From NCBI RefSeq assembly GCF_900167395.1, contig NZ_FUWK01000029.1, positions 7,192-39,191 of the forward strand: 32,000 nt of DNA, given 5' to 3'. Shown in pieces: positions 1 through 8,472 of this stretch (position 1 is the first letter of the stretch; each line of letters starts with the position of its first letter). The DNA is from Nitrosomonas europaea. Lineage in GTDB: Bacteria > Pseudomonadota > Gammaproteobacteria > Burkholderiales > Nitrosomonadaceae. The notes under the pieces were generated by a model. The model worked only from the letters and a program-made list of their open reading frames with translations. It did not search any database and was not told the origin of the DNA. The position numbers and the translations under genes are program-made.

Positions 1-35
1 GGCATTAGGCAGCAGCAAAAACATAAGGAGGTGAC

Positions 36-710
36 ATGTCAGAAGTCATTACGGTTGGTGACAAACCAATCCTTCTGAAAGCAATTGAGCTGGTTCTTGC
101 AGAGCCTGCTGCTATCAGAAAAGAGGCTCTGCAACTCAAGGATAAATATGTAACCCGGTATGGGAGTGATCGTTCGGAAGACGAGATCAACGCTTATGCT
201 GCCGACAAGATCATATCGAACTACTCCTACTATACTGCCTTTGTGGGCGGAACGACCGCTCTTACAGGGGTAATCCCCGGGCTGGGCACTGTTCTGGCTG
301 CATTTGGCGGCGCAACAGCCAATACGGCTCTTTCCATGAAGTATCAAATTGAAATGACAATGGCCATTGCAACGATTTACGGCCGTGACATTACCATCGA
401 AGAGGAAAAACGCCTTTGTTTGATGATTGCGGGGCTTGGTGCAATCAGTGAGATGACCAGAGTGGGCGGGAAAGAACCTGGCAAAAAAGCATCAGTAAAA
501 ATGATGCAACAATATCTCCAGGATGCGTCTCTTCAAACGCTAAGAGAGCTATTCAAAAAAGTTGGAATAACCTTCACAAAAAAAGCTGCAGAAAAAGCTA
601 TCCCGTTTGGCGTTGGTGTAATCATTGGCTTCTCTGCCAACAAAGGGTTGACCTGGTATGTCGGGACAAAGGCAAGGGATTTTTTCTCGGTTACTGACTC
701 GATCGTCTGA
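36..710 (+). CDS. EcsC-family-like protein (function unknown)
   Basis: 224-aa ORF with AAGGAGG about 6 nt upstream of the ATG at 36. The Gly/Ala-rich hydrophobic core (GGTTALTGVIPGLGTVLAAFGGATAN ... IATIYGRDIT) resembles EcsC-type proteins. The family call is from memory only. Confidence 0.5.
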   Translation: MSEVITVGDKPILLKAIELVLAEPAAIRKEALQLKDKYVTRYGSDRSEDEINAYAADKIISNYSYYTAFVGGTTALTGVIPGLGTVLAAFGGATANTALSMKYQIEMTMAIATIYGRDITIEEEKRLCLMIAGLGAISEMTRVGGKEPGKKASVKMMQQYLQDASLQTLRELFKKVGITFTKKAAEKAIPFGVGVIIGFSANKGLTWYVGTKARDFFSVTDSIV

Positions 711-765
711 CTTCAAGCAACAGGCCGCACGGGTTATTTATTAACTGACATATCCGGAGAATCGA

Positions 766-1121
766 ATGTCTGGCTCCGCTCGTACAGGTGTGCTGATTTA
801 CGCAAAGCAGCTGGATAAAGTTTCATCCTTCTACGAGCAAGTGCTGGGGGCGAAAGTGCTGCATGCGGACAGTGAACACAGGGTGCTGCAATCACCCGAT
901 GTTCAGCTGATCAGATCACTATTGCCGTACCACCCGTGCCGCGCGAGGAACAGGCAATCAAACCGTTCTTCACTGTTGAGAGCTTGGTCACAGCAGAGCG
1001 TATTGCCGAAGAATACGGTGGCAAGGTGTGGGGGCCATTGTGGCCTGGGCCCAGTTTACGGGCGCGCAATATCTGTGATCCGGAAGGTAATATCGTTCAT
1101 CTGCGTGAGCGTACGGTATAG
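766..1121 (+). pseudogene. VOC/glyoxalase-bleomycin-resistance family gene, frame-disrupted
   Basis: The N-terminal half lies in the frame of ORF 766..1152 (MSGSARTGVLIYAKQLDKVSSFYEQVLGAKVLHADSEHRVLQSPDVQLI). The C-terminal half lies in the frame of ORF 936..1121 (..ITIAVPPVPREEQAIKPFFTVESL..GGKVWGPLWPGP..CDPEGNIVHLRE). The frame switches at about 912-918. There is no homopolymer there, so a small out-of-frame internal deletion is likely. Confidence 0.6.
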
Positions 1122-1208
1122 TAGAACAAAGCCTGCCTGTTTTATTTCCTGAATATATTTTTCCTACGTACAAAACCACGAGTAGATTCGTTTTTATCAG
1201 CCTGATAA

Positions 1209-1227
1209 AATAATAAGCATTCTCATT
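1209..1227 (+). promoter_or_regulatory. possible Fur box upstream of the ECF sigma gene
   Basis: AATAATAAGCATTCTCATT matches 11 of 19 positions of the GATAATGATAATCATTATC consensus (hand count). It sits 14 nt upstream of the ATG at 1241. FecI-type sigma genes are commonly Fur-repressed. Confidence 0.3.
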
Positions 1228-1240
1228 CTTGTTGTTTGTC

Positions 1241-1798
1241 ATGTTGGATAACAGCATTCCTACCGATTCATGTCTGGTGTCTGGTGCTACCGTGTCCACG
1301 GACATTGAGACCCTGTACTGCAATCACCACGACTGGCTGCAGGTTTGGCTGCGCCGCAGACTGAGCAGTGCTGTTGATGCATCCGATCTGGCGCATGACA
1401 CCTTCGTGCGCGTTCTGGTTTCGGGCCGCATGCCCAATGCCGAGCAATCGCGCGCTTTCCTTACTCAGATCGCCAAGGGTCTGGCGGTGGATCTGTACCG
1501 TCGTCGTGCCATCGAAGAGGCTTATCTGGCAGCGCTGGCGCAACTGCCGGAAAATCTTGCGCCCTCGGCTGAGGAGCGTGTGCTGGCGCTGCAAGTGCTG
1601 TTGTTGCTCGATACTGCGCTGGGCAGCCTTCCATCTCGGGTGCGTGAAGTGTTCCTGCTGTCGCGGCTCGACGGATTGACCTATTCTGACATTGCGCAGC
1701 GCCGGGGTATTTCTGTCGCGACAGTGCGCAAGTATATGCTGCGCGCCGCGCAGGCTTGCCATTGTGTCTTGAATTCACCGACTGGCACCGCTCCATGA
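1241..1798 (+). CDS. fecI: ECF sigma-70 factor, FecI type
   Basis: ORF 1229..1798. The first ATG is at 1241; 1229 is TTG. It shows the FecI hallmarks LYCNHHDWLQVWLRRRL..DASDLAHDTFVRV and a C-terminal HTH (LTYSDIAQRRGISVATVRKYMLRA). A FecR gene and a TonB transducer follow directly. Confidence 0.9.
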   Translation: MLDNSIPTDSCLVSGATVSTDIETLYCNHHDWLQVWLRRRLSSAVDASDLAHDTFVRVLVSGRMPNAEQSRAFLTQIAKGLAVDLYRRRAIEEAYLAALAQLPENLAPSAEERVLALQVLLLLDTALGSLPSRVREVFLLSRLDGLTYSDIAQRRGISVATVRKYMLRAAQACHCVLNSPTGTAP

Positions 1799-1811
1799 CA
1801 TTGACACGTGC

Positions 1812-2828
1812 ATGAGCGACAGCAATACATCTTCGTTACCCCGTGCAGCTCAGCTCGAGCCTGATGCCGCACCTGCAGTTGCTGTCCTGCAGCAGGCACT
1901 GCAATGGCAGGTCATCTTCTGGTCGGGGGAGGCTACCGATAGAGATCGTATGCGCTGGCAGAGCTGGCTGGCGGCTGATCCGGCACATGCCCGCGCCTGG
2001 GCGCAGGTGCAACGTACCGATGAACAACTGCAAACACTGGCTTCGCCCGCCGCTGAAGTGCTGCGCAGTGCTGATGCCAGGCGATGTAAAGCGCGCCGCA
2101 CAGTGCTCGGTATGGCAGGTCTGCTGGCAGGCGCCGGTATTATGGGTTGTGGATTGCGGCAAACAGCGCAATGGCAGATGATGATGGCCGATGACCACAC
2201 CGGCTATGGCGAGCGACGTAATATCGAACTTGCCGATGGCACGCAGGTGACGCTCGGCAGTGCCACTGCCATTGATGTGTGCTACAGCGCGCAGGCACGC
2301 CAATTGCTGTTGCGCACGGGTGAGATCTTCATCGTTACAGCGCCAGACAGTGCCGACCGCCCGTTTTTGGTGCAAACCACTCGGGGCAGCGTGCAGGCGC
2401 TGGGTACACGCTTCAATGTGCGTGAATCGGGTGAGCAAATCCAGGTGGCAGTACAGGATGGTGCAGTCGCTATCCGTCCGGCCGGAATGAATCCGGGTGA
2501 TGTCGTACGGCTTGATGCTGGTCAGCAGACGTGTTTCGATCACACCAAAGTCGAAGCAGCCGAGGCATTACAGATCAGTGCGACTGCCTGGACACGCGGT
2601 CTGCTGGTGGCTGAACGCATGCGGCTGGAAGATTTCCTGGTCGAGCTGGGCCGATACCGCAGCGGTGTATTGCGTTGTGACCCGGCAGTCAGGGATCTGA
2701 TCGTCTCCGGCGTTTATTCACTGGACGATACTGACCAGAGTCTGCGCCTGCTTGCCCAGGCGCTGCCGGTACAGGTGCAGACAGTTACGCGCTGGTGGAC
2801 TATCGTCGGACCTCGCCCCATGAAATAA
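1812..2828 (+). CDS. fecR: FecR-family anti-sigma/transmembrane sensor
   Basis: 338 aa. It has an N-terminal FecR cytoplasmic region (ALQWQVIFWSGEAT..RWQSWLAADPAHARAW), one TM segment (VLGMAGLLAGAGIMGCGL) and a periplasmic FecR domain. It starts 14 nt after the fecI stop. Confidence 0.9.
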   Translation: MSDSNTSSLPRAAQLEPDAAPAVAVLQQALQWQVIFWSGEATDRDRMRWQSWLAADPAHARAWAQVQRTDEQLQTLASPAAEVLRSADARRCKARRTVLGMAGLLAGAGIMGCGLRQTAQWQMMMADDHTGYGERRNIELADGTQVTLGSATAIDVCYSAQARQLLLRTGEIFIVTAPDSADRPFLVQTTRGSVQALGTRFNVRESGEQIQVAVQDGAVAIRPAGMNPGDVVRLDAGQQTCFDHTKVEAAEALQISATAWTRGLLVAERMRLEDFLVELGRYRSGVLRCDPAVRDLIVSGVYSLDDTDQSLRLLAQALPVQVQTVTRWWTIVGPRPMK

Positions 2829-2955
2829 AACAGCTATTCCGCTATCCCACCGAAAAAATTTCGCGTCAACCGTAGCACTTTTCTCATCTCGTATCGGGAT
2901 ACAGGTAAGGCCCTGGCAAACAGCCGGGACCATCTATTACTGAAGGGAAAAATCT

Positions 2956-5427
2956 ATGCCAATGAGAAACACCAATCTTCCTGCCAACCCGTGCGTCACA
3001 GGGACTTGTCGTTCGCAAGCGCTATTGCGCCAAATCATGCTGCTGGCCTGTCTGTCCATGGCAGCAGCGTTTGTACCCGTGCGGGCGCAGAGCACGACAG
3101 CGCCTGTTCAGCCGCAAGCAAGCCTCCGCTACGATATTCCGGCCGGCACGCTGGATCAGGTGCTGAACCATTTTGCGGCAGATGCCGGCATTACACTCTC
3201 CATTGACGGCGCACTGACTGCGGGTAAGCACAGTTCCGGCCTGTCAGGCAGCTATAGCGTGCCGGACGGGTTGAAGGCACTGCTGGCGGGAACCGGACTG
3301 GAGGCGGTTGCCACCCCTGGTAGCGGCTACGTGATACGCAGGGCGACTGCTGCCACGATAACGACAAGCGGGACCGTGCTGCCAACGGTAACGGTGGCGG
3401 GCCACCGAGCCGCTATTGATGAGGCACCCCCGCTTTACAAGGGTGGCCAGGTAGGCAGTGGTGCACGTATGGGTGTGCTTGGTAATACCGCAGTGATGGA
3501 TACCCCTTTCAGCGTTACCAGTTACTCGGCGCAAGTGATCGAGAATAACCAGGCACGCTCGGTGGCAGATATTGCGGCGATGGATCCATCGGTGCGTATG
3601 AGCAGTGCTCGCTCCAATATTAACGAAGACCTCACGATGCGCGGTTTTTCGGTCTCCAGCGCAGATTTCGCGCTGAACGGGCTGTTTGGCCTGACACCTT
3701 ACTGGCGGGCACCGCTGGAATCGATAGAACGGGTAGAAGTGATCAAAGGCCCGTCTGCCGCATTGTTTGGTATGGCGCCTGGCAGCAGTGTGGGCGGCGT
3801 CGTTAATCTGGTGCCCAAGCGCGCTGGGGATACGCCGCTGATGCGGATCACGACCGGCATAACTTCAAATTCCCTGTTTGGTGGCCATGCCGATATTGGT
3901 GGCCGTTTCGGGCCGGATAATGTATTCGGTGCACGCCTGAATGTCATGCACCGCGGTGGCAATACGACGATCGATGGTCAGTCTACCTATCAGAGCCTGG
4001 GGTCGCTGGGGTTGGATTTTCGTCAGCGTTCACTGCGAGCTTCTCTCGATCTGTTGTGGCAGCAGGAACGCATCAATAACGTGGTACGCCAGTTCCAGCT
4101 GAGTCCCGGTTTGACAGCGGTCCCGCGTGTGCCGGACAACACCACGGCCTATCCTGGTTATGGCTGGACTGATGGTCGCAATATCTCGTGGCTGTTCAAA
4201 GCGGAGTATGACATCAGCCAGGCTGTTACCGCATACGCGAGCTACGGCATGCGTAAACTTAACTGGGGCGCCATCGCTGCCAATCCGATCCTTCTGAATA
4301 CGGCGGGTGACTATTCCTACGCCGGAGGCTGGCAGCGTATGCCTACTCGTACTCAGTCACTGGAAGCAGGTATGCGCGGCGTATTTGCTACCGGGCCTGT
4401 CAGCCATAGTACTGCACTTGGTTTTACCTGGCTTGACCAGTCGCAAGAGCTGGGCTTTTATACCGGCCTTCCTCCCGGTATTTCCAATTTGTATACCGGC
4501 CAATTGTTTTCGACTCCCTCCATTGAGGGTATCAATAACTTGGCGCGTCCCTACCTCGATACTCAGCTGACCAGTGTGGTACTGGCCGATACGATGTCAT
4601 TCTGGGATGACAGGTTGTTGGCGTCACTTGGCCTACGTTATCAGAAGGTCGAGGGACAAAGCTACAATTTTGCTACGGGTATGGCCAGTGGCCCGCGCTA
4701 CGATAAGAGCGCAATAACGCCTGTCGTTGGCATCGTGTTCAAACTGCGCCCGTCATTGTCGCTGTATGCAAGTTATATCGAAGGATTGTCGAAAGGGGAT
4801 ACAGCACCGATCAGCGCGGCGATTACTAATCCGGGAGAGATTATGTCTCCGTATAAATCCAAGCAGAAAGAAATCGGTGTCAAGTTCGATCAGGGTAATT
4901 TCATGACAACACTGAGCCTGTTCGAATTGACCCGGCCCAGTGCGGGTATATCCGGCACGACATTCGGCGTGTTTGGTGAACAGCGTAATCGCGGTGTGGA
5001 GGCAACCATTGCCGGCGAAGTTGTGCGCGGTGTACGCGTGTTGGGTGGCGCCAGCTATATAGATGCAGTGTTGTCCAAATCGGTGTCAGCAATGCTGAAG
5101 GGCAATAAAGCTATCGGGGTCCCCGAGTGGCAGGCCAATCTGGGAGCAGAGTGGGATGTTGGCTTCCTGCCGGGGCTAACGCTGACAGGCAGAATGGTCT
5201 ACACCGCCAAGACTTTCGTCGATGCGACCAACACTCTGAAGATTCCGGATTGGGTGCGCTTCGATGCAGGCGTGCGCTACGCTGCGCGTATCGTCTCCAG
5301 GCCGGTTATGTTCCGCTTGAATGTCGAAAACCTGTTGGACAAGGATTACTTCGGTGCGGCCACGGCAGGCTATCTCTTCATCGGTACGCCGCGTACCATA
5401 AATTTCTCTGCTTCCATCGATTTGTAA
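2956..5427 (+). CDS. TonB-dependent siderophore receptor with N-terminal STN signalling domain (FecA/FpvA-type transducer)
   Basis: 823 aa. It has a signal peptide ending VRAQS and an STN-like extension (YDIPAGTLDQVLNHFAADAGITLSIDGALTAGKHSSGLSGSYSVPDGLKALLAGTGLEAV). A plug (RVEVIKGPSAALFG) and a beta-barrel follow, ending in ..NFSASIDL. Confidence 0.93.
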   Translation: MPMRNTNLPANPCVTGTCRSQALLRQIMLLACLSMAAAFVPVRAQSTTAPVQPQASLRYDIPAGTLDQVLNHFAADAGITLSIDGALTAGKHSSGLSGSYSVPDGLKALLAGTGLEAVATPGSGYVIRRATAATITTSGTVLPTVTVAGHRAAIDEAPPLYKGGQVGSGARMGVLGNTAVMDTPFSVTSYSAQVIENNQARSVADIAAMDPSVRMSSARSNINEDLTMRGFSVSSADFALNGLFGLTPYWRAPLESIERVEVIKGPSAALFGMAPGSSVGGVVNLVPKRAGDTPLMRITTGITSNSLFGGHADIGGRFGPDNVFGARLNVMHRGGNTTIDGQSTYQSLGSLGLDFRQRSLRASLDLLWQQERINNVVRQFQLSPGLTAVPRVPDNTTAYPGYGWTDGRNISWLFKAEYDISQAVTAYASYGMRKLNWGAIAANPILLNTAGDYSYAGGWQRMPTRTQSLEAGMRGVFATGPVSHSTALGFTWLDQSQELGFYTGLPPGISNLYTGQLFSTPSIEGINNLARPYLDTQLTSVVLADTMSFWDDRLLASLGLRYQKVEGQSYNFATGMASGPRYDKSAITPVVGIVFKLRPSLSLYASYIEGLSKGDTAPISAAITNPGEIMSPYKSKQKEIGVKFDQGNFMTTLSLFELTRPSAGISGTTFGVFGEQRNRGVEATIAGEVVRGVRVLGGASYIDAVLSKSVSAMLKGNKAIGVPEWQANLGAEWDVGFLPGLTLTGRMVYTAKTFVDATNTLKIPDWVRFDAGVRYAARIVSRPVMFRLNVENLLDKDYFGAATAGYLFIGTPRTINFSASIDL

Positions 5428-5437
5428 GGAGATACTG

Positions 5438-6628
5438 ATGTCGTTACAGTCCTGGGCCTGGATTCACAAATGGAGCAGTATTGTTTGCACCTTGTTCATG
5501 TTGCTGTTGTGTCTGACGGGTCTGCCGCTGATTTTTCATGAAGAAATCGAGCATCTTAGCGGGGTGGTGGAGGCACCCCCCATGCCCAAAGGCACGCCGG
5601 ATGCCAGTATGGATCGTATCGCACAGGTGGTGCTCGCACGCCGTCCTGGCGAAGTCATCCGCTTCATGTTCTGGGATCAGGAGGAGCATCCGGATCTGAC
5701 CTATGTATCGATGGCCAGTCGGGTCGATGCCCCGCCGGAGGAAAGTAATTCAGTGGTGATCGATTCCCGTACTGCCAAAGTGCTGGACGAACCCAAGACC
5801 AATGAAGGCTTCATGTATGTGATGCTCAGGCTGCATGTAGACATGTTTGCCGATCTGCCCGGCACACTGTTTCTGGGTTTCATGGGCTTGCTGATGGTGG
5901 TGGCCATCGTATCGGGCGTCGTGCTGTACTATCCATTCATGCAGCGGCTGAAGTTCGGCGTGCTGCGCATGCAGCGCAGTGCACGAATCAAATGGCTGGA
6001 TATACATAATCTGCTGGGTATCGTGACCGTGGTCTGGCTGACAGTAGTGGGTCTGACCGGCTCCATCAACACGCTGGACCGCATTATCCTGAGCCTGTGG
6101 CAAATGGACCAGATGGCTGAAATGACCGCACCCTTTAAAGATCTGCCACCCGTCACACAGCCTGCACATCTTGAAGCATCGCTGCGTGCTGCTCGCGCGG
6201 CGGCGCCGGACATGGAGGTACGACTGGTCGCTTTCCCGGGTACGATGTTTTCCAGCCCGCATCACTATACCTTTTTCCTGAGGGGCAACACGCCGATCAC
6301 ATCGCGGCTGCTGAAGCCGGCGCTGGTCGATGCCAGCAACGGTGAGCTGACCGATTCACGCGATATGCCCTGGTATGTGAAGACATTGTTTTTGTCACAA
6401 CCATTGCACTTTGGTGACTACGGCGGCCTGCCGCTGAAAATTCTGTGGGCAGTGCTCGACCTCATCGCCATCGTCGTGTTGGCTAGTGGCCTGTATCTCT
6501 GGTTGCGTAAACCCAAGACGACGGCAGCATCGGTTTCCAAAGCGGACGATGCTGTACTGCCTCTCGATGACGACCATACAGCACCGAACAACGCGATGGT
6601 CTATATCAATGAGAATAAGGATAGATGA
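5438..6628 (+). CDS. PepSY-associated TM-helix protein (PiuB-like iron-regulated membrane protein)
   Basis: 396 aa. AAGGAG overlaps the receptor stop. The N-terminus (IHKWSSIVCTLFMLLLCLTGLPLIFHEE) and the C-terminal LHFGDYGGLPLKILWAVLDL motif are typical of the family. The position after a TonB receptor is also typical. Confidence 0.88.
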   Translation: MSLQSWAWIHKWSSIVCTLFMLLLCLTGLPLIFHEEIEHLSGVVEAPPMPKGTPDASMDRIAQVVLARRPGEVIRFMFWDQEEHPDLTYVSMASRVDAPPEESNSVVIDSRTAKVLDEPKTNEGFMYVMLRLHVDMFADLPGTLFLGFMGLLMVVAIVSGVVLYYPFMQRLKFGVLRMQRSARIKWLDIHNLLGIVTVVWLTVVGLTGSINTLDRIILSLWQMDQMAEMTAPFKDLPPVTQPAHLEASLRAARAAAPDMEVRLVAFPGTMFSSPHHYTFFLRGNTPITSRLLKPALVDASNGELTDSRDMPWYVKTLFLSQPLHFGDYGGLPLKILWAVLDLIAIVVLASGLYLWLRKPKTTAASVSKADDAVLPLDDDHTAPNNAMVYINENKDR

Positions 6629-6629
6629 C

Positions 6630-6839
6630 ATGACGAATCGGCTGGAATCGCGCACGATGTATACAAAGCACCGACAATCGGTTCGAGAAGTGTTTTTCAT
6701 ACCGACGCTATTAAGCGTGGCAGTCCTGATCGGCCTGGTTTCCGCCCTCATCGGTGACGGTATCTGGGACGTAGTATCGTGGCTGACCATTCTGGCACCT
6801 GTTGTGGTGGTGATCCTGGCCTGGTGGCGTCGGGGCTAA
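6630..6839 (+). CDS. small (69 aa) two-TM membrane protein, translationally coupled to the PepSY gene
   Basis: The ATG at 6630 lies 1 nt after the PepSY stop (TGA 6626-6628). It is the in-frame internal start of listed ORF 6486..6839. There are two hydrophobic segments (VFFIPTLLSVAVLIGLVSALI and WLTILAPVVVVILAWW). Its 5' end is conserved in the decayed second copy at 8410. Confidence 0.55.
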   Translation: MTNRLESRTMYTKHRQSVREVFFIPTLLSVAVLIGLVSALIGDGIWDVVSWLTILAPVVVVILAWWRRG

Positions 6840-7054
6840 GGAATCTCTGATCAAATCCCACAGGGCTGCACACTGTGTTTTGCGGATGGAATACAAGGCG
6901 AGTGAGGCAATGAATGGTTTTGGCCCCTTCACAACGAGCTCAACGCTACAGTCCAGTGCCCCACAAAGGGTTGTGACAAAATCATGTGCTCGCTATGTCG
7001 TGCTCCTTGCGACCATCATGATTTTGCCTGCAATGCGGCTCATGGAGGGTTTTA

Positions 7055-7355
7055 TCAGACGTTCCTTAGCAATTCTTGCAGTACTTCTTCTGTCATACCG
7101 GCTTCCTGCGCCTTGGCGCCGACACGATCGCTGAAGCGCTGAAACTCAGCCACGTTTAGATTGACCAGTCGTTCGTATTCGTCCATCGACATCATCACTG
7201 CCACGTCCCGTTTCTGGCGCTGGATGATGACAGGCTCGCGCCGGGAATTTATCCTGAAAATCGGGGTAATGCGATCGAATCATTTCCAGCAATGACTGGA
7301 GAATAATCCGAGCGATATGGCTCGTACCTCGCCGCATCCTGTCGCGCTTGACCAT
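7055..7355 (-). pseudogene. Phd/YefM-type antitoxin remnant (frame-disrupted)
   Basis: My minus-strand translation of 7249->7055 gives NSRREPVIIQRQKRDVAVMMSMDEYERLVNLNVAEFQRFSDRVGAKAQEAGMTEEVLQELLRNV*. This carries the Phd/YefM core pattern PV.I.R..K..AV..S..EYE.L. An in-frame stop lies just upstream at 7280-7282. The possible N-terminus (listed ORF 7146..7355, MVKRD..IILQSLLEMIRS) is in another frame. No partner toxin ORF survives downstream. Confidence 0.45.
7233..7308. repeat. direct repeat copy 1 (about 75 bp), partner at 8091..8164
   Basis: GGCTCGCGCCGGGAATTTATCCTGAAAATCGGGGTAATGCGATCGAATCATTTCCAGCAATGACTGGAGAATAATC was compared with 8091-8164. The hand alignment shows 4 mismatches and 2 single-nt gaps over 76 columns. 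Confidence 0.85.
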
Positions 7356-7400
7356 CCTTGATCGATAGATGTATCGTAATACTATATTGAGATCGATAGA
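7348..7400 (+). promoter_or_regulatory. putative vapBC promoter/operator
   Basis: The 10-bp direct repeat GATCGATAGA occurs at 7360-7369 and 7391-7400. A possible TTGACC(7348)-18-TATCGT promoter is present, and AGAGG sits 9 nt before the ATG at 7410. VapB-type antitoxins usually autoregulate through repeats like these. Confidence 0.3.
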
Positions 7401-7409
7401 GGCTTGGCT

Positions 7410-7616
7410 ATGACAGCGGTTACCGTTTCACCGAAGTACCAGATTGTAATCCCGAAAGAAATTCGCGAATCAATGGGTATTGTGTCGGGGCAGAAAATCC
7501 AGGTTATGTCCTATCAGGGGCGAATTGAATTGATTCCCCTCAAACCCATGAAGGAGATGAGAGGTTTTCTCAAGGGTATTGATACTACCGTTACCAGAGA
7601 CGAAGATCGGGTATGA
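7410..7616 (+). CDS. vapB: AbrB/MazE/SpoVT-family antitoxin (VapB)
   Basis: ORF 7404..7616; the first ATG is at 7410. It has the SpoVT-AbrB motif VSPKYQIVIPKEIRESMGIVSGQKIQV. Its stop is 3 nt before the PIN gene start. Confidence 0.85.
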   Translation: MTAVTVSPKYQIVIPKEIRESMGIVSGQKIQVMSYQGRIELIPLKPMKEMRGFLKGIDTTVTRDEDRV

Positions 7617-7619
7617 GGT

Positions 7620-8000
7620 ATGAATGTAGTTGATTCTTCCGCCTGGTTGTCCTATTTCGCAGGTGACGCAAATGCCCCGGTATTTACAGGGCCTGTTGAG
7701 CAAATCTCGCAGTTGCTGGTGCCAAGCATCACCATAACGGAAGTTTTCAAAAACGTGTTACACCAACGTGGCGAGGAGGCCGCTTTGGTTGTGGTGGCTC
7801 ATATGGAGCAAGGGCGAGTGGTGCCGCTGGATTCTGAGCTGGCAATGGACGCTGCAAAATTTGGCGTTCTGTATAAGTTGCCATTAGCGGACAGCATCAT
7901 ATTTGCCACTGCGCATAAATACGGTGCCACGCTTTGGACTCAGGATAATGACTTTGAAGGTTTGTTAAACGTCAAGTATGTACCGAAGAGCGGTATATAA
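7620..8000 (+). CDS. vapC: PIN-domain ribonuclease toxin (VapC)
   Basis: 126 aa. It begins MNVVDSSAWLSYF (first acidic PIN residue). It also has ..ITITEV.. and ..LADSIIFATAHKYGATLWTQDNDF, which carry the later PIN acidic residues. Confidence 0.88.
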   Translation: MNVVDSSAWLSYFAGDANAPVFTGPVEQISQLLVPSITITEVFKNVLHQRGEEAALVVVAHMEQGRVVPLDSELAMDAAKFGVLYKLPLADSIIFATAHKYGATLWTQDNDFEGLLNVKYVPKSGI

Positions 8001-8090
8001 CGATTGGGGCCAGATCAGTAGGATGCGGTGGGGTACGCGCATCGTTCGAGAAATCCGTTGAAGAATGGCCTTTTCCAGTTTTCACGGATA

Positions 8091-8164
8091 GGTCGCGCAG
8101 GAAATTTATCCTGAAAATCGGGGTAATGGATCGAATCATTTCCGGCAATGGCTGGAGAATAATC
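8091..8164. repeat. direct repeat copy 2, partner of 7233..7308
   Basis: See copy 1. This copy ends 1 nt before the decayed PepSY 3' fragment begins. Confidence 0.85.
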
Positions 8165-8165
8165 A

Positions 8166-8472
8166 CTGTTTCTAGCGCAATGACTGCATTCTGGCGATTA
8201 TGGCGGGCTGCCGCTGAAAATCCTGTGGGCAGTGCTCGACCTCATCGCCATCGTTGTGTTGGTCAGCGGCCTGTATCTCTGGTTGCGCAAACCCAAGACG
8301 ATAACAGCATCGGCTTCCAACGCGGAAGAGGCTGTACTACCTCTCGACGACGACCATACAGCACCGAACAATACGATGGTCTATATCAATGAAAACAAGG
8401 ATAGATGACATGACAAATCGGCTGGAATCGCGCACGGTACATGCAAAGCACCGGTAATCGGTTCGAGAAGTG
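8166..8472 (+). pseudogene. decayed second copy of the PepSY 3' end plus the start of the small downstream ORF
   Basis: 8201-8472 aligns without gaps to 6421-6692 with 28 mismatches in 272 nt (hand count, about 90%). Weaker similarity extends back to 8166 and 6386. The copy has an in-frame TGA at 8181-8183 (LFLAQ*LHSGDYGG versus LFLSQPLHFGDYGG). The small-ORF copy stops early (MTNRLESRTVHAKHR*, TAA 8455-8457). No 5' part of the gene is present. Confidence 0.8.

Noticed and set aside
6840-7054. Toxin partner downstream of the Phd-like antitoxin remnant (minus strand)
   Set aside because: All three minus-strand frames are broken by stops within about 20-40 codons. I recognised no Doc/PIN/ParE/YoeB motif.
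6880-7134. 84-aa plus-strand ORF
   Set aside because: It lies antisense to the recognisable antitoxin remnant and has no SD or family resemblance. It is probably a shadow ORF.
7233-7308. The 75-bp direct repeats as attC sites or as IS terminal repeats
   Set aside because: They have no RYYYAAC/GTTRRRY boxes, no internal dyad symmetry and no adjacent transposase. They are direct, not inverted. A coding-remnant explanation fits better.
7995-8050. Possible attC after vapC (ATATAAC ... AACGAT/ATCGTT ... GTTCGAG)
   Set aside because: Only a 6-bp inverted repeat is present, and the R'-like box violates GTTRRRY at two positions. It was kept as a weak note only and not called.
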